Of a stretch of 64,000 bases of DNA, positions 25,880-38,157 are shown one piece after another. The position numbers and the translations under genes were made by a program. The notes beneath the pieces are model-generated. The model did not search any database. It saw only the letters and a list, made by a program, of their open reading frames with translations, and was not told the DNA's origin. Position 1 is the first letter of the stretch. Each line of letters starts with the position of its first letter. This DNA is from Squalus acanthias. Taxonomy: Eukaryota. The stretch covers positions 122,762,001 to 122,826,000 of the forward strand of contig CM059432.1 of the NCBI GenBank assembly GCA_030390025.1, read 5' to 3'.

Positions 25880-26140
25880 AGTGTGGCTTTGCACTCACCA
25901 TTCCTGATTTAACAAGATCATTGAAGTGCTTCCAGCACTGCACCCAAGACCGCCTCACCACATCCCTGCTGTTGACCTCCTCTGCTATCTCCAGCCAAGC
26001 TGTTTTTGTCTCTTGGGGAGCTCTCTTGCGCCCATCAGAAAGGAAGAGGATATCCCTGCGTACTCTGACTCCCTCCACAAGCATATGGAGGGAGTCATCT
26101 GAGAACCTGGGTGCAGCCCTCTGTCTCTGAGAAGCCATCT
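25880..26140 (-). pseudogene. Harbinger Myb/SANT-like (trihelix) DNA-binding protein, first coding exon
   Basis: MASQRQRAAPRFSDDSLHMLVEGVRVRRDILF...KTAWLEIAEEVNSRDVVRRSWVQCWKHFNDL followed by a GTGAGT donor. Confidence 0.88.
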
Positions 26141-26435
26141 GTGTAAGGCTGAGCAGTAAGCAGATGCTGAAATGTACTGCCTGCACAATCCTAGATGAAC
26201 CTTCAAATGCAATGTGGCCAAGGCTCCTTTAAATATCCCAGCTGGACATGAGTCATCGATGATGTCATCAGACCCGCACCATTTGATAGAGCCGGGAAAC
26301 GCGCAGGCCTGCCTTAATAGGCGCCATTAAGGGAAAGTCGCTCTGAGGAAAGTCACGATGAAAAGAAGAACGGGGTCCCGACCTGCCACGCCGACCGCCC
26401 GCACCCGACCCGCCCAGGAAAAGTAAATTCCGGCT

Positions 26436-26694
26436 GTAGAATATAAAAGCAAGGAAGTTATGATGAACCTTTATAAAACACTGGTCCGGCCTCAACTGGA
26501 GTATTGTGTCCAATTCTCGGCTCCGCACTTTAGGAAGGATGTGAAGGCCTGAGAGTGGGTGCAGAAAAGATTTAGAAGTATGGTTCCAGGGATGAGGGAC
26601 TTCAGTTCCGTGGACAGATTGGAGAAACTGGTGTTGTTCTCCTTGGAGCAGAAAAGGTTGAGAGTGGTGTTCAAAATCATGAGGGGTCTAGAAT
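26436..26694 (+). mobile_element. Older CR1 3' fragment, part 1 (continues at 31599-31950)
   Basis: LYKTLVRPQLEYCVQF...KIMRGL joins DRVDREKLFPLAEGSRTRGH at 31601. Confidence 0.8.
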
Positions 26695-27017
26695 AAAGAG
26701 CGTGGCGAGAGGAGGCCTGAGAGCAGAGCCAGCGGGGGGGGGGAGCAGCGAGGCTCCAATTCAATAACAAAAAAATCAAAGTGTGACGTCACAGGTAAGC
26801 AGGTAGGTGATTGGCGGTGAGTATTTCTTTTCTCTTCGGACTGAGGGCTAAGTTACAGTAAAGACCTATAGCATATAACTGAATTTGTAACTAACTAAAC
26901 TTATTTTACTAAATTTAATAAATTAAACAAGGTTATTACCTAGTTTACCTAGATTAAAAACTATAAATAGACAATTGACTGATATTTACATAATTAATTA
27001 AATAAAATAAAATAGAG

Positions 27018-28560
27018 ATGGCAGGGCAGGTGATGCGTTGCGACTGTAGCATGTGGGAGCTGGTGGACACCAGTGTGATCCAGGGTGACCACATCTGCAG
27101 TAAGTGTCTGCAGCTCGAGGAACTTCGGTTCAGAGTTGATGAGCTGGAGTCCGAGCTGCAGACATTGCGATACATCAGGGAGGGAGAAAGTTACCTGGAC
27201 ACTTTGTTCCAGGAGGCAGACACACTCTTTCGGTTAAATACTTCAGATTTGGCCCGTGCTCAAGGACAGGAGTGTGTGACTGAATAGATATATAGAAACA
27301 TAGAAGATAGGAGCAGGAGTAGGCCATTCGGCCCCTCTAGCCTGCTCCGCCATTCAATGCGATCATGGCTGATCATCCAAATTCAGTACCCTGTCCCTGC
27401 TTTCTCCCCATATCCCTTGATCCCCTTAGCCTTAAGAAATATATCTAACTCCTTCTTGAATATATTTAACGAATTGGACTCAACTGTCTTCTGTGGTCGA
27501 TAATTCCACAGGTTCACCACTCTCTGGGTGAAGAAATTCCTCCTCATCTCAGTCCTAAATGGCTTACCACTTATCCTTAGACTGTGACCCCTGGTTCTGG
27601 ACTCCCCCACCATCGGGAACATCCTTCCTGCATCTGGTCTGTCTAGTCCTGTTAGAATTCTATAAGTTTCAATGAGATCCCCTCTCATTCTTCTAAACTC
27701 TAGCGAATACAAGCCCAATCGACCCAATCGACCCAATCTCTCTTCAGAAGTCATTCCTGCCATCCCAGGTATCAGTCTGGTGAATCTTCGCTGCACTCTC
27801 TCCATGGCAAGAACATCCTTCCTCTGCGAGTGAGGCAGGTATGGGGATCCAGGAGGTAGCATTGGAGGAGCCTCAGCCCTTGCACTTGTCCAACAGTTAT
27901 GATGTTCTTGCAACCTGTGTGAACGAGAGCAGGGACTGCAGGGAGGATGAGCAAACTGAACATGGCACCGTGCTACAGGGGGCCATTCAAGTTGGGGGTA
28001 TAAAAAGGAATGTCGTAGTGGTAGGAGAGAGTATAGTTAGGGGGATAGATACTGTTCTCTGCAGCCGAGAGCGTGAGTCCCGAAGGCTGTGTTGCCTACC
28101 CGGTGCCAGGGTAAAGGACATCTCCTCGGGGTTGGGGAGGAACTATGAGTGAGAGGGGAAGGATCCAGTTGTCGTGGTCCACGTAGGAACCAACGACATA
28201 GGTAAGACTAGGAAAGAGGTTCTGCTGAGGGAGTATGAGCAGCTAGGGGCTAAATTAAAAAGCAGAACCACAAAGGTAATAATCTCTGGATTACTACCTG
28301 AGCCACGAGCAAATTGGCATAGGGTCAATAAGATCAGAGAGTTGAATGCGTGGCTCAAGGATTGGTGTGGGAGAAATGGGTTTCAATTCATGGGGCACTG
28401 GCACTAGTACTGGGGAAAGAGGGAGCTGTTCCGTTGGGACAGCCTTTACTTGAACCATGCTGGGACCAGTGTCCTGGCGAATTGAATAACTAGGGCTGTA
28501 GATAGGGCTTTTGAACTAAATAGTGGGGGGGAGGGTTCAAGCGAGGGGAAATTTACAAAG
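27018..28560 (+). pseudogene. CR1 ORF1: zinc finger/leucine zipper plus SGNH-type esterase, interrupted
   Basis: CDCSMWE...HICSKCLQLEELRFRVDELESEL; VVVVGESIVRG, CLPGARVKDI, VHVGTNDIG, VIISGLLP, LNAWLKDWC; internal stops and an insertion. Confidence 0.88.
27284..27823 (-). mobile_element. CR1 3' fragment inserted antisense in ORF1
   Basis: RKDVLAMERVQRRFTRLIPGM...LEFRRMRGDLIETY; tail TAGAAACATAGAA. Confidence 0.88.
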
Positions 28561-28699
28561 TTAAAGAGAAAGGACAGGGCAATAGTGCAGGGTAGCGATA
28601 TGGGCAATGAAAACCAGAGTGTGACAGGAAGGGACAGAGCGTACAAACATAAGAGTGCACCAGCAAATAAGGTAAGAGTTGGGAAAAACGATAAAAAGA

Positions 28700-31510
28700 C
28701 AAAATTAAAGGCTCTTTATCTGAATGCACGCAGCATTCGTAACAAGATAGATGAATTGACGGCACAAATAGAAATAAATGGGTATGATCTAATAGCCATC
28801 ACAGAGACGTGGTTGCAATGTGACCAAGGCTGGGAACTGAATATTCAGGAGTTTTTGACATTTCGGAAGGATAGACAGAAAGAAATAGGAGGTGGTGTAG
28901 CTCTGTTAATAAAGGATGAGATCAGTACAATAGTGAGAAATGATCTTGGCTCGGAAGTTCCAGATGTAGAATCAATTTGGGTGGAGGTAAGAAATAGTAA
29001 AGGAAAGAAGGCACTGGTGGGAGTAGTCGATAGGCTCCCTAACAGTAGCTACACTATAGGACAGAGTATAAATCAAGAAATAATGGGGGCTTGTAAGAAA
29101 GGTACTGCAATAATAGTGGGCGATTTTAATCTTCATATAGATTGGAGAAATCAAATTGGTAAAAGCAGCCTTGAGGACGAGTTCATGGAGTGTATTCGGG
29201 ACAGTTTCTTGGAACAATACATTGTGGAACCGACCAGGGAACAGGTTATTTTAGATCTGGTAATGTATAATGAAACAGGATTAATTAATTATCTCATAGT
29301 AAAGGATGCTCCAGGGAAGAGTGATCATAACATGATAGAATTCCACATTCAGTTTGAAGGTGAGAAACTTGGGTCTGAAACTAGAGTATTAAACTTAAAT
29401 AAAGACAATTACAAAGGTATGAGGAGAAAGTTGGTTAAAGTGGACTGGGAAAATAGATTAGAAGGTAAGATGGTAGAAAAGCAGTGGCAGAAATTTAAAG
29501 AGATATTTCATGACTTTCAACAAAGATATATTTGAATGAGAAAGAAAGACTTGAAGAGAAGGATGAACCAACCATGGCTAACCAAGTTAAGGATGGTATC
29601 AAATTGAAAGAAAAGGCATACAATGTTGCAAAGATTAGTGGTAGGCCAGAAGATTGGGAACATTTTAGAAACCAGCAAAGAATGACTAAAAAAATAATAA
29701 AGAGGGAGAAAATAGCTCATGAGAATAAACTAGCAAGAAATATAAAAACTGACAGTAAGAGCTTCTACAAGTATATAAAAAGGAAGAGAGTAGCTAAAAT
29801 AAACATTGGTCCCTTAGAGGACGAGACTGGGGAAATAATAATGGGAAACAAGGAAATGGCAGAGCCATTGAACAAATATTTTGTATCTGTCTTCACAGTT
29901 GAGGACATTAAAAACATCCAAGTAATAGTAGAAAATCAAGGGGCAAAAGGGAGGGAGGAACTTAAAACAATCACGATCACTAGAGAAAAAGTGCTAGGTA
30001 AACTTATGAGTCTAAAGGCTCCCCTGAACCTGATGGCCTGCATCCTAGGGTCTTAAAAGAAGTGGCTACTGAGATAGTGGATGCATTGGTTGTAATCTTC
30101 CAAAATTCCCTTGAATCTGGAAAAGTCCCTGGGGATTGGAAAACCGCAAATGTAACGCCCTTATTCAAAAAAGGAGGGAGACAGAAAGCAGGAAACTATA
30201 GGCCAGTTAGCCTAACATCTGTCTTTAGGAAAATGCTCAAATCCATTATTAAGGAAGTAGTAGCAGGGCATTTAGAAAATCATAGTACAATCAAACAGAG
30301 TCAACATGGTTTTATGAAAGGGAAATCATGCTTGACAAATCTATTAGAGTTCTTTGAGGAGGTAACGAGCAGGGTGGATAAACGGGAACCTGTAGATGTA
30401 GTGTATTTGGATTTCCAAAAGGCATTCGACAAGGTGCCACATAAAAGGTTACTGCATAAGATAAGAGCTCATGGTGTTGGGGGTAATATATTAGATTGGA
30501 TAGAGGATTGGCTAACTAACAGAAAACAGAGAATCGGGATAAATGGGTCATTTTCAGGATGGCAATCTGTAACTAGTGGGGTTCCACAGGGATCAGTGCT
30601 GGGGCCTCAACTATTTTCAATCTATATTAATGACTTGGATGAAGGAAGCAAGTGTATTGTAGCCAAATTTGCAGACGATACAAAGATAGGTGGGAAAGCA
30701 AGTTGTGAGCAGGACACTAAAGAGTCTGCAAAGGGATATAGATAGGTTAAGCGAGTGGGCAAGAATTTGGCAGATGGAGTATAATTTAGGAAAATGTAAA
30801 GTTATCCACTTTGGTATGAAGAATAGAAAAGAAAAATATTATTTAAATGGAGAAAGACTACAGAATGCGGCGGTACAGAGGGATTTGGGTGTCCTCGTAC
30901 ATGAAACACAAAAAGTTAACATGCAGGTGCAGCAAGTAATTAGGAAGGCAAATGGAATGTTGGCCTTTATTTTAAGGGGGATAGAGTATAAAAGTAGGGA
31001 AGTCTTGCTACAACTGTACAGGGTGCTGATGAGACCACACCTTGAGTACTGCATACAGTTTTGGTCCCCTTATTTAAGGACGGATATACTTGCATTGGAG
31101 GCAGTTCAGAGAAGGTTCACTAGGTTGATTCCTGGGATGGAAGGGCTGTCTTATGAGGAAAGGTTGAGCAGGTTGGGCCTATACTCATTGGAGTTTAGAA
31201 GAATGAGAGGTGATCTTATTGAAACATATAAGATTCTGAGGGGGTTGGACAGGGTAGATGCTGAGAGGATGTTTCCCCTCATCAGGGAGTCTAGAACGAG
31301 GGGGCATAATCTCAGAATAAGGGGTCGCCCATTTAAGACGGTGATGAGGAGGAATTTCTTCTCAGAGGGTCGAGAATCTTTGGAATTCTTTACCCCAGAG
31401 AGCTGTGGAAGCTGAGTCATTGAATATATTCAAGGCTGAGATAGACAGATTTTTGAGCAACAGGGGTGTCAAGGGTTATGGGGAGAGGGCAGGAAAGTGG
31501 AGTTGAGGCC
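28700..31510 (+). pseudogene. CR1 ORF2: APE endonuclease plus reverse transcriptase, frameshifted
   Basis: LYLNARSIRNK, IAITETWL, IVGDFN, SDHNMI; NYRPVSLTS, YLDFQKAFDKVPH, GVPQGSVLGP, KFADDTK; split over four ORFs. Confidence 0.95.
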
Positions 31511-31598
31511 AAAATCGGATCAGCCACGATCTCATTAAATGGCCGAGCAGGCTCAAGGGACCGAATGGCCTGCTCCTGCTCCTATTTCTTATGTTCTT

Positions 31599-31950
31599 AT
31601 GATAGAGTAGATAGAGAGAAACTGTTCCCATTGGCGGAAGGGTCGAGAACCAGAGGACACAGATTTAAGGTGATTGGCAGAAGAACCAAAGGCGACATGA
31701 GGAAAAACTTTTTTACGCAGCGAGTAGTTAGGATCTGGAATGCACTGCCTGAAAGGGTGGTGGAGGCAGATTCAATCATGGCTTTTAAAAGGGAATTGGA
31801 TAAGTACCTGAAAGAAAAAATTTGCAGGGCTACGGGGAAAGGGCGGGGAAGTGGGACAAGCTGAATTGCTCTTGCAGAGAGCCGGCATGGGCTCGAAGCA
31901 CCGAATGGCCTCCTTCAGTGCTGTAACCATTCTATGACTCTATGATTCTA
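31599..31950 (+). mobile_element. Older CR1 3' fragment, part 2
   Basis: DRVDREKLFPLAEGSRTRGHRFKV...FFTQRVVRIWNALP; TTCTATGA tandem tail. Confidence 0.85.
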
Positions 31951-32545
31951 ATATAAGAACATAAGAAATAGAAGCAGGAGTAGGCCATTCAGCCGTTCGC
32001 GCCTGCTCTGCCATTCAATAAGATCATGGCTGATCTTCTACCTCAACTCCACCTTCCCCCACTATAACCATATCCCTTGATTCTCTTAGTATCCAAAAAT
32101 CTATTAATCTCTGTCTTGAATATCCTCAATGACTGGGCATCCACAGCTCTCTGGGGTAGAGAATTCCAAAGATTCACAACCCTTTGACTGAAGAAATTTC
32201 TCCTCATCTCAGTCCTAAATGGCTGACCCCTTGTTCTGAGACTGTGACCCCTAGTTCTAGACTCCCCAGCCAGGGGAAACATCCTCCCAGCATCTACCCT
32301 GTCAAGCCCCTTAAGAATTTTATACATTTCAATGAGATCACCTCTCATTCTTCTAAACTCCAAGGAATATAGGCCTAGTCTACTCAATCTCTCCTCATAG
32401 GACAATCCCCCCATCTCAGGAATCAATCTAGGGAACTCTTGTTGAACTCTCTCTAAGGCAAGTATACCCTTCCTTAGGTAAGGAGACCAAAACTGTACCC
32501 AGTACTCCAGATGTGGTCTCACCAAGGACCTATATAATTACAGTA
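31951..32545 (-). mobile_element. CR1 3' fragment, tail-to-tail with the previous one
   Basis: ORF 32043-32525(-) VRPHLEYWVQFWSPYL...; tail ATAAGAACATAAGAA. Confidence 0.88.
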
Positions 32546-32554
32546 AGATTTCTT

Positions 32555-32810
32555 GGCCTAGAAACTCGGTATCCCCCCAAAACAGGGGCGGGAATTAATT
32601 AATTGCAAGGTGCTTGAGGGGGAGTATATTGATGCAATATGGTTCTTGGTATGGCTATGCCTGCAATGTGTTTTTGAGGTTTGAGGCCGCTTGTTATAAT
32701 TTATTCTTCATCGCAGAGCTTCAGTGCACTGGTGGTGGGGGGTGTAGGGATAATGGGATTCTACCGAACCTGTGGTTCTATTGGGTGGGGTTAAAAATAA
32801 ACTCTGCCCA
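32555..32810. mobile_element. Short degenerate Harbinger-type MITE
   Basis: GGCCTAGAAACT ... AAACTCTGCCC TIR-like ends. Confidence 0.45.
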
Positions 32811-34018
32811 TGTGCAGACACACAAAGTGTACGATGCATGTGACGGTGCAAAGACAACGATTTTATTCTCATTTGTCACTTGATTTAAGCTTAACTTTTA
32901 CAGAGCATAAGCAGAAGGAGCGGTCCAGGTAAATAATGGGAAAACTGCCGCAGGTGAAGGAAAACTAATTGAAAGGGGCAAAGTGGCATTCGTCACATTT
33001 TGATGGTGTCACACCCACAGATTCTTTTATCTCTTGGATCATGGAACTACATCGGGCGGTGCACTAGAAGGTTTGGATTTTGCTCCTGAGATAATCAGAA
33101 TCAGTGCTCAAAATTCCATTCACTTTAGCAATCACTTTAATACAATGCTAATGCCCAATGCTTGGTAAACTATCACGCCCATAGCCGCTTCCTGCTGCAC
33201 CTTTTTATATTGAATAATACACTCTTTACTGTGTAATCATATTTGCTATTTTTAGCTAAGCCTTAACCATTCTCTCGTCCAAAGGGGCTGAGATCAATTG
33301 TAGCACTCCCACCTTTGCCCAGACTGAGCTCGGCTAGTTCAGCACTAACCAGAGATTGAACTTGGGGATTTCCACAGTGCACTTAGCCACAGAGCTGTGG
33401 GAAGAAACGAGACCAAACACACTTCCATGAGGCGCTGTGGGCCATCAGCAGTATCAGAATTGTATTCCACCACAATCTGTAACCTCATGGCCCAGCATAT
33501 CTCTCACTCTACCATTACCATCAAGCCAGGGAACCAACCCTGGTTCAATAAGGAGTGTAGAAGAGCATGCCAGGAGCAGCACCAGGTGTCCTTAAAAATA
33601 AGGTGTCAACCTGGGGAAGCTACAACACAGAACTACATGCATGCCAAAAAGCGGAAGCAGCATGCTATAGACAGGGCTAAATGATCCCACGATCAACGGT
33701 TCAGATCAAAGCTCTGCAGCCCTGCCACATCCAGTCGTGAATGGTGGTGGACCATTAAACAACTACCAGGAGGAGGAGGCTCCATGAATATCTCAATCCT
33801 CAATAATGGTGGAGCCCAGCACATGAGTGCAAAAGACAAGGCTGAAACGTTTACAACCATCTTCAGCCAGAAGTGCCGAGCGGATGATCCATATCGGCCT
33901 GCTCCTGAGGTCCCCACCATCACAGAAGCCAGTCTTCAGCCTATTCGATTCACTGCACATGATATCAAGAAACGGCTGAGTGCACTGGATACAGCAAAGG
34001 CTATGGGCCCCGACAACA

Positions 34019-34243
34019 TGATGCGGAGATGCCGGTGTTGGACTGGGGTGGACAAAATTGAGAGGTCGCACAACACCAGGTTATAGTCCAACAGTTTTAT
34101 TTGAAATCACAAGCTTTCGGAGCTTACTACTCCTTCGTCGGGTGAAGTAAAAAGATACAGAATCGCCAAAGCATATATAGATAGAGAACAATGCATGTGT
34201 ACCTTACAATTGCAGACAACTAAATTAAATCATCCTGACTGTT
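34019..34243 (-). mobile_element. Penelope-type terminal repeat fragment with mutated hammerhead
   Basis: Minus strand CCGACGA-AGGAGTAGTAAGCTCC-GAAAGCTT...; splits the LINE at GPDN|IPA. Confidence 0.75.
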
Positions 34244-35495
34244 TCCCAGCTATCGTGCTGAAGACTTGTACTCCAGAACTAGCTGTGCCTCTAGCCAAGC
34301 TGTTCCAGTACAGCTACAACACTGGCATCTATCCGACAATGTGGAAAACTGCCCAGGTATGTCCTGTCCACAAAAAGCAGGACAAATCCTATCTGGCCAA
34401 TTACTGCCCCATCAGTCTACTCTCAATCATCAGCAAAGTGATGGAAGATGTCATCGACAGTGCTATCAAGCGGCACTTACTCACCAATAATCTGCTCACT
34501 GATGCCCAGTTTGGCTTCCACCAAGACCACTCGGCTCCCGACCTCATTACAACCTTGGTCCAAACATAGACAAAGGAGCTGAATTCCAGAGGTGAGGTGG
34601 GAGTGACTGCCCTTGACATCAAGGCAGCATTTGACCGAGTGTGGCATCAAGGAGCCCGAGTAAAACTGAAGTCAATGGGAATCGGGGGGAAAACTTTCCA
34701 CTGGCTGGAGTCATACCTAGCACAAAGGAAGATGGTTGTGGTAGTTGAAGGTCAATCATCACAGCCCCAGGACATAGCTACGGGAGTTCCTCAGGGCAGT
34801 GTCCTAGGCCCAACTATCTTCAGCTGCTTCATCAATGACCTTCCCTCCAACATAAGGTCAGAAATGGGGATGTTCACTGATGACTGCAGTGTTCAACGCC
34901 ATTCACAACTCCTCAGATAATGAAGCAGTGCATGCCCGCATGCAGCAAGACCTGGACGACGTTCAGGGTTTGGCTGATAAGTGGCAGGTAACATTCGCGC
35001 CACACAAGTGCCAGGCAATGACTATCTCCAACAAACGAGAGTCTAACCATCGTCCCTTGACATTCAACGGCATTACCATCGCCAAATCCCCCACCATCAA
35101 CATCCTGGGGGTCACCATTGGCCAGAAACTTAACTGGACCAGCCACATAAATACTGTGGCAACAAGAGCAGGTCAGAAACTAGGTATTCTGCAGCAAATG
35201 TCTCACCTCCTGATTCCCCAAAGCCTTTCCACCATCTACAAGGCACAAGTAAGGAGTGTGATGGAATACTCTCCACTTGCCTGGATGAGTGCAGCTCCAA
35301 CAACACTCAAGAAGCTCGACACCATCCAGGACAAAGCAGCCCGCTTGATTGGCATTCCATCCACCACCTTAAACATTAACTCGCTCCACCACTGGCGCAC
35401 CGTGGCTGCAGTGTATACCATCTACAAGATGCACTGCAGCAACTCGCCAAGGCTTCTTCGGCAGCACCTCCCAAACCCGCGACCTCTTCCACCTA

Positions 35496-35699
35496 TGATG
35501 TGGAGATGCCGGTGTTGGACTGGGGTGGACAAATGTGAGAAGTCGCACAACACCAGGTTATAGTCCAACAGCTTTATTTGAAATCAGAAGCTTTCGGAGC
35601 GCTGCTCCTTCGTCACCTGACGAAGGAGCAGCGCTCCGAAAGCTTGTGATTTCAAATAAAGCTGTTGGACTATAACCTGGTGTTGTGCGACTTCTCACA
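35496..35699. mobile_element. ~200-bp inverted (hairpin) Penelope-type terminal-repeat insertion
   Basis: 12-bp TSD CTCTTCCACCTA (35484-35495 / 35700-35711); inverted arms meet at ~35615. Confidence 0.85.
35612..35650 (+). ncRNA. Minimal hammerhead ribozyme
   Basis: CAC-CTGACGA-A-GGAGC-AGC-GCTCC-GAAA-GCTT-GTG: core intact, stem II GGAGC/GCTCC, palindromic AAGCTT. Confidence 0.75.
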
Positions 35700-36415
35700 C
35701 TCTTCCACCTAGAAAGACAAGGGCAGCAGGCACATGGGAACACCACCACCTCCAAGTTCCCTTCCAAGTTACACACCATCCTGACTTGGAAGTATATCGC
35801 CGATCCTTCATCGTCGCTGGGTCAAAATCCTGGAACTCCCTACCTAACAGCACTGTGGGAGTACCTTCACCACATGGACTACAGCAGTTCAAGAAGGCAG
35901 CTCACCACCACCTTCTCAAGGGCAATTAGGGATGGGCAATAATGCTGGCCATGCCAGTAATGCCCACATCCCATACACGAATAATTAAAATAATATCAGA
36001 GCAGCTGGTCAATGACAATACCTCTTCACAAGCAGAAGTTGTTTGGCTTTGAAGTCTCATCAAAAAGTTCTGTGAGGCGCACAATATAGGGTAAGCACTG
36101 TATTGGCGGTGTGCACTGCAATACTTTCCTTTAAAAGAGTATCGTCCTCACCATCAAGTTATATTTCTACAGTGCCCATTATATACAAAAGTTATGCCTT
36201 GGGGGCACTGTACAGGGTGGCGGGTAGCTAGTGGGCACTGAGTTCGGGGGCTGGGGATGAAGGAAAAAAACATCATCAGTGTTTGCAATCAGAGACGAGC
36301 GATGAGCAATCGCACTACTGGTCATGTCATGTTAAAATAATTATTTTTTAAAAATACAATTGTCAAAAAATGAAGCTAGCTCTGTGAGCACTGCATTTTA
36401 ATACATTTGTGTTAC

Positions 36416-36725
36416 AGCAACACGGTGGCATAGTGGTTAGCACTGTTGCCTCACAGCGCCCGGGTTCGAATCCGGCCTCGGATGACTGTCTGTGTGGAGT
36501 TTGCACATTCTCCCCGTGTCTGCGTGGGTTTCCTCTGGGTGCTCCGGTTTCCTCCCACAGTCCAAAGATGTGCGGGTTAGGTTGATTTGGCTATGATAAA
36601 TTGACCCTTAGTGTTAGGGGGATTAAATACGTGGGATTACGGGGATAGGGTGGGATATGTGTCGGTGCAGGCTCGAAGGGCCGAAATGGCCTCTATCTGC
36701 ACTGTGGGGATTCTGTGATTCTGAT
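36416..36725 (+). mobile_element. Complete HE1-like V-SINE
   Basis: A box TGGCATAGTGG, B box GGTTCGAATCC, V-domain TGTGTGGAGTTTGCACATTCTCCCCGTGTCTGCGTGGGTTTCCTC...GCTCCGGTTTCCTCCCACAGTCCAAAGA, CR1-type tail. Confidence 0.9.
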
Positions 36726-37724
36726 AGTTCACCGACTACCAGCAGCCATTTCAACAGCTGTAAAACAGAATATTTACTGCAAACTGTTCCAGGAATTCAG
36801 CCTGCACAAGAAATTACCCCAAAAGGGCACCTTTAATAGAAAAGCCTTCTCTTTAATCTTTTCAAATAAATAAAATCTTATTTCCATACGGTATAAAATG
36901 ACAAGTTAATTCATTAGAATATGCATCTCTTTTCCCATAAATATTTAATTGCCTGCAGAAGAATTGCTGATGGAAATCACTAACAATCTGAAATTTCCTG
37001 CGGGGGGTGGGGGCGGTACAAACTTTAGATGTAAGTGCCTGTGGTGAAAAACAGGTTGTGTTCTGCTTGATCAAGATTTTAAACATACATCGACCCAGTA
37101 ACTCAGATTGTTTTTTAAATCCAGCATTCCCTTGTGCATTACTTGAATCATAAAATCGTATGTTGGTCACTGTGATCTGACAATTATCATTTGATGCAGT
37201 GATTGAGATTGGCGAGTTGTAATTAGTGAAAGACTATCACTGTGTGGCTCTCATCAAATACATCGAAGGGTTAATCTGCTCAGAGCAGTGTCAATGCCTT
37301 TCAGCATCTCAATTAAACGTGAAGTCACTTGAAAAAGACGGGCTCTATGTATTTCATTGTTCTTGCATTAATGCAAGTCATAATCCCAAGTGATTGATTA
37401 GTACTGGACACTCAAGCAAGTGTGGGTTTGGTACAATGGAATTTGAACTTTGACATTAACACGGTTCTCTTTTCTTGACGAGAAATGCCATGGGTGCTGT
37501 TCCCATACTTGGGAACAATTACTTTTTTAATAAATGCAAGGGCACATTGTTTACAAAAGCTTAGTGCTTAATACAGTTTATCACTTTCTACTGTGTATTG
37601 CTCATGTTTTAGTTACCAGGCCTACACCCTAACTCTACAAACATTACAAATTGTAAACCATACTTTATCACAGAAACACTTGCTGGATACCAGATTGGAC
37701 CATTTTGAATTCATTTGTGAATAA

Positions 37725-38157
37725 AAGAAAGACTTGCATTTATATAGCACCTTTCACAGCCAATTAAGTACTTTTGAAGTGGAGTCACTGTTGTAATGTA
37801 GGAAACGCAGCAGCCAATTTGCACACAGCAAGATCCCACAAACAGCAATGTGATAATGACCAGATAATCTATTTTTGTTACGTTGATTGAGGGAGAAATA
37901 TTGGGCAGGACACCGGGGATAACTCCCCTGCTCTTCGAAATAGTGCCATGGGATTTTTTATGTCCACCTGAGAGAGCAGACAAGGCCTCGGTTTAATGTC
38001 TCATCCGAAAGACGGCACCTCCAACAGTGCAGCACTCCCTCAGCACTGCACTGGAGTGTCAGCCTAGAGTTATGTGCTCAAGTCTGTGGAGTGGGACTTG
38101 AACCCACAACCTTCTGACTCAGGGACAAGAGTGCCACCCACCGAGCCACAGCTGACA
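37725..38157 (-). mobile_element. DeuSINE (SacSINE1-like), near complete
   Basis: tRNA head (minus: TGGCTCGGTGG...GGTTCAAGTCC); Deu core TTTCGGATGAGACATTAAACCGAGGCC...CCCATGGCACTATTTCGAAG; L2-like tail TATATAAATGCAAGTCTTTC. Confidence 0.85.

Larger units (their letters stand above)
21788..26435 (+). mobile_element. Decayed autonomous-type PIF/Harbinger transposon (transposase +, Myb/SANT gene -, convergent)
   Basis: Ends AGGGGGAATTTT / TAAATTCCGGCT; both gene remnants present; contains a SINE and a 2-kb minisatellite. Confidence 0.85.
26695..31598 (+). mobile_element. Near full-length CR1 LINE (5'UTR, ORF1, ORF2, 3' tail)
   Basis: GC-rich 5'UTR with TGACGTCA; ORF1 and ORF2 remnants; tail TTCTTATGTTCTTATG; inserted in an older CR1. 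Confidence 0.93.
33410..35985 (+). mobile_element. CR1-group LINE of a second family (5'-truncated RT), carrying two Penelope-end insertions
   Basis: PWFNKEC, KAMGPDN/PAIVLK, NYCPISLLS, ALDIKAAFDRVWH, GVPQGSVLGP, MFTDD; 3' end GGGCAATTAGGGATGGGCAAT. Exact clade not determinable by eye. Confidence 0.88.

Noticed and set aside
24724..26186. Host HARBI1 / NAIF1 gene
   Set aside because: Frameshifts, stops, TIRs and several paralogous relics in the window indicate transposon copies rather than the domesticated genes.
34100..34146. Active hammerhead on the minus strand
   Set aside because: The core reads CCGACGA instead of CUGAnGA, so it is probably inactive.
36421..36480. tRNA gene
   Set aside because: The A/B boxes belong to a SINE head; there is no complete cloverleaf, and a V-domain follows.
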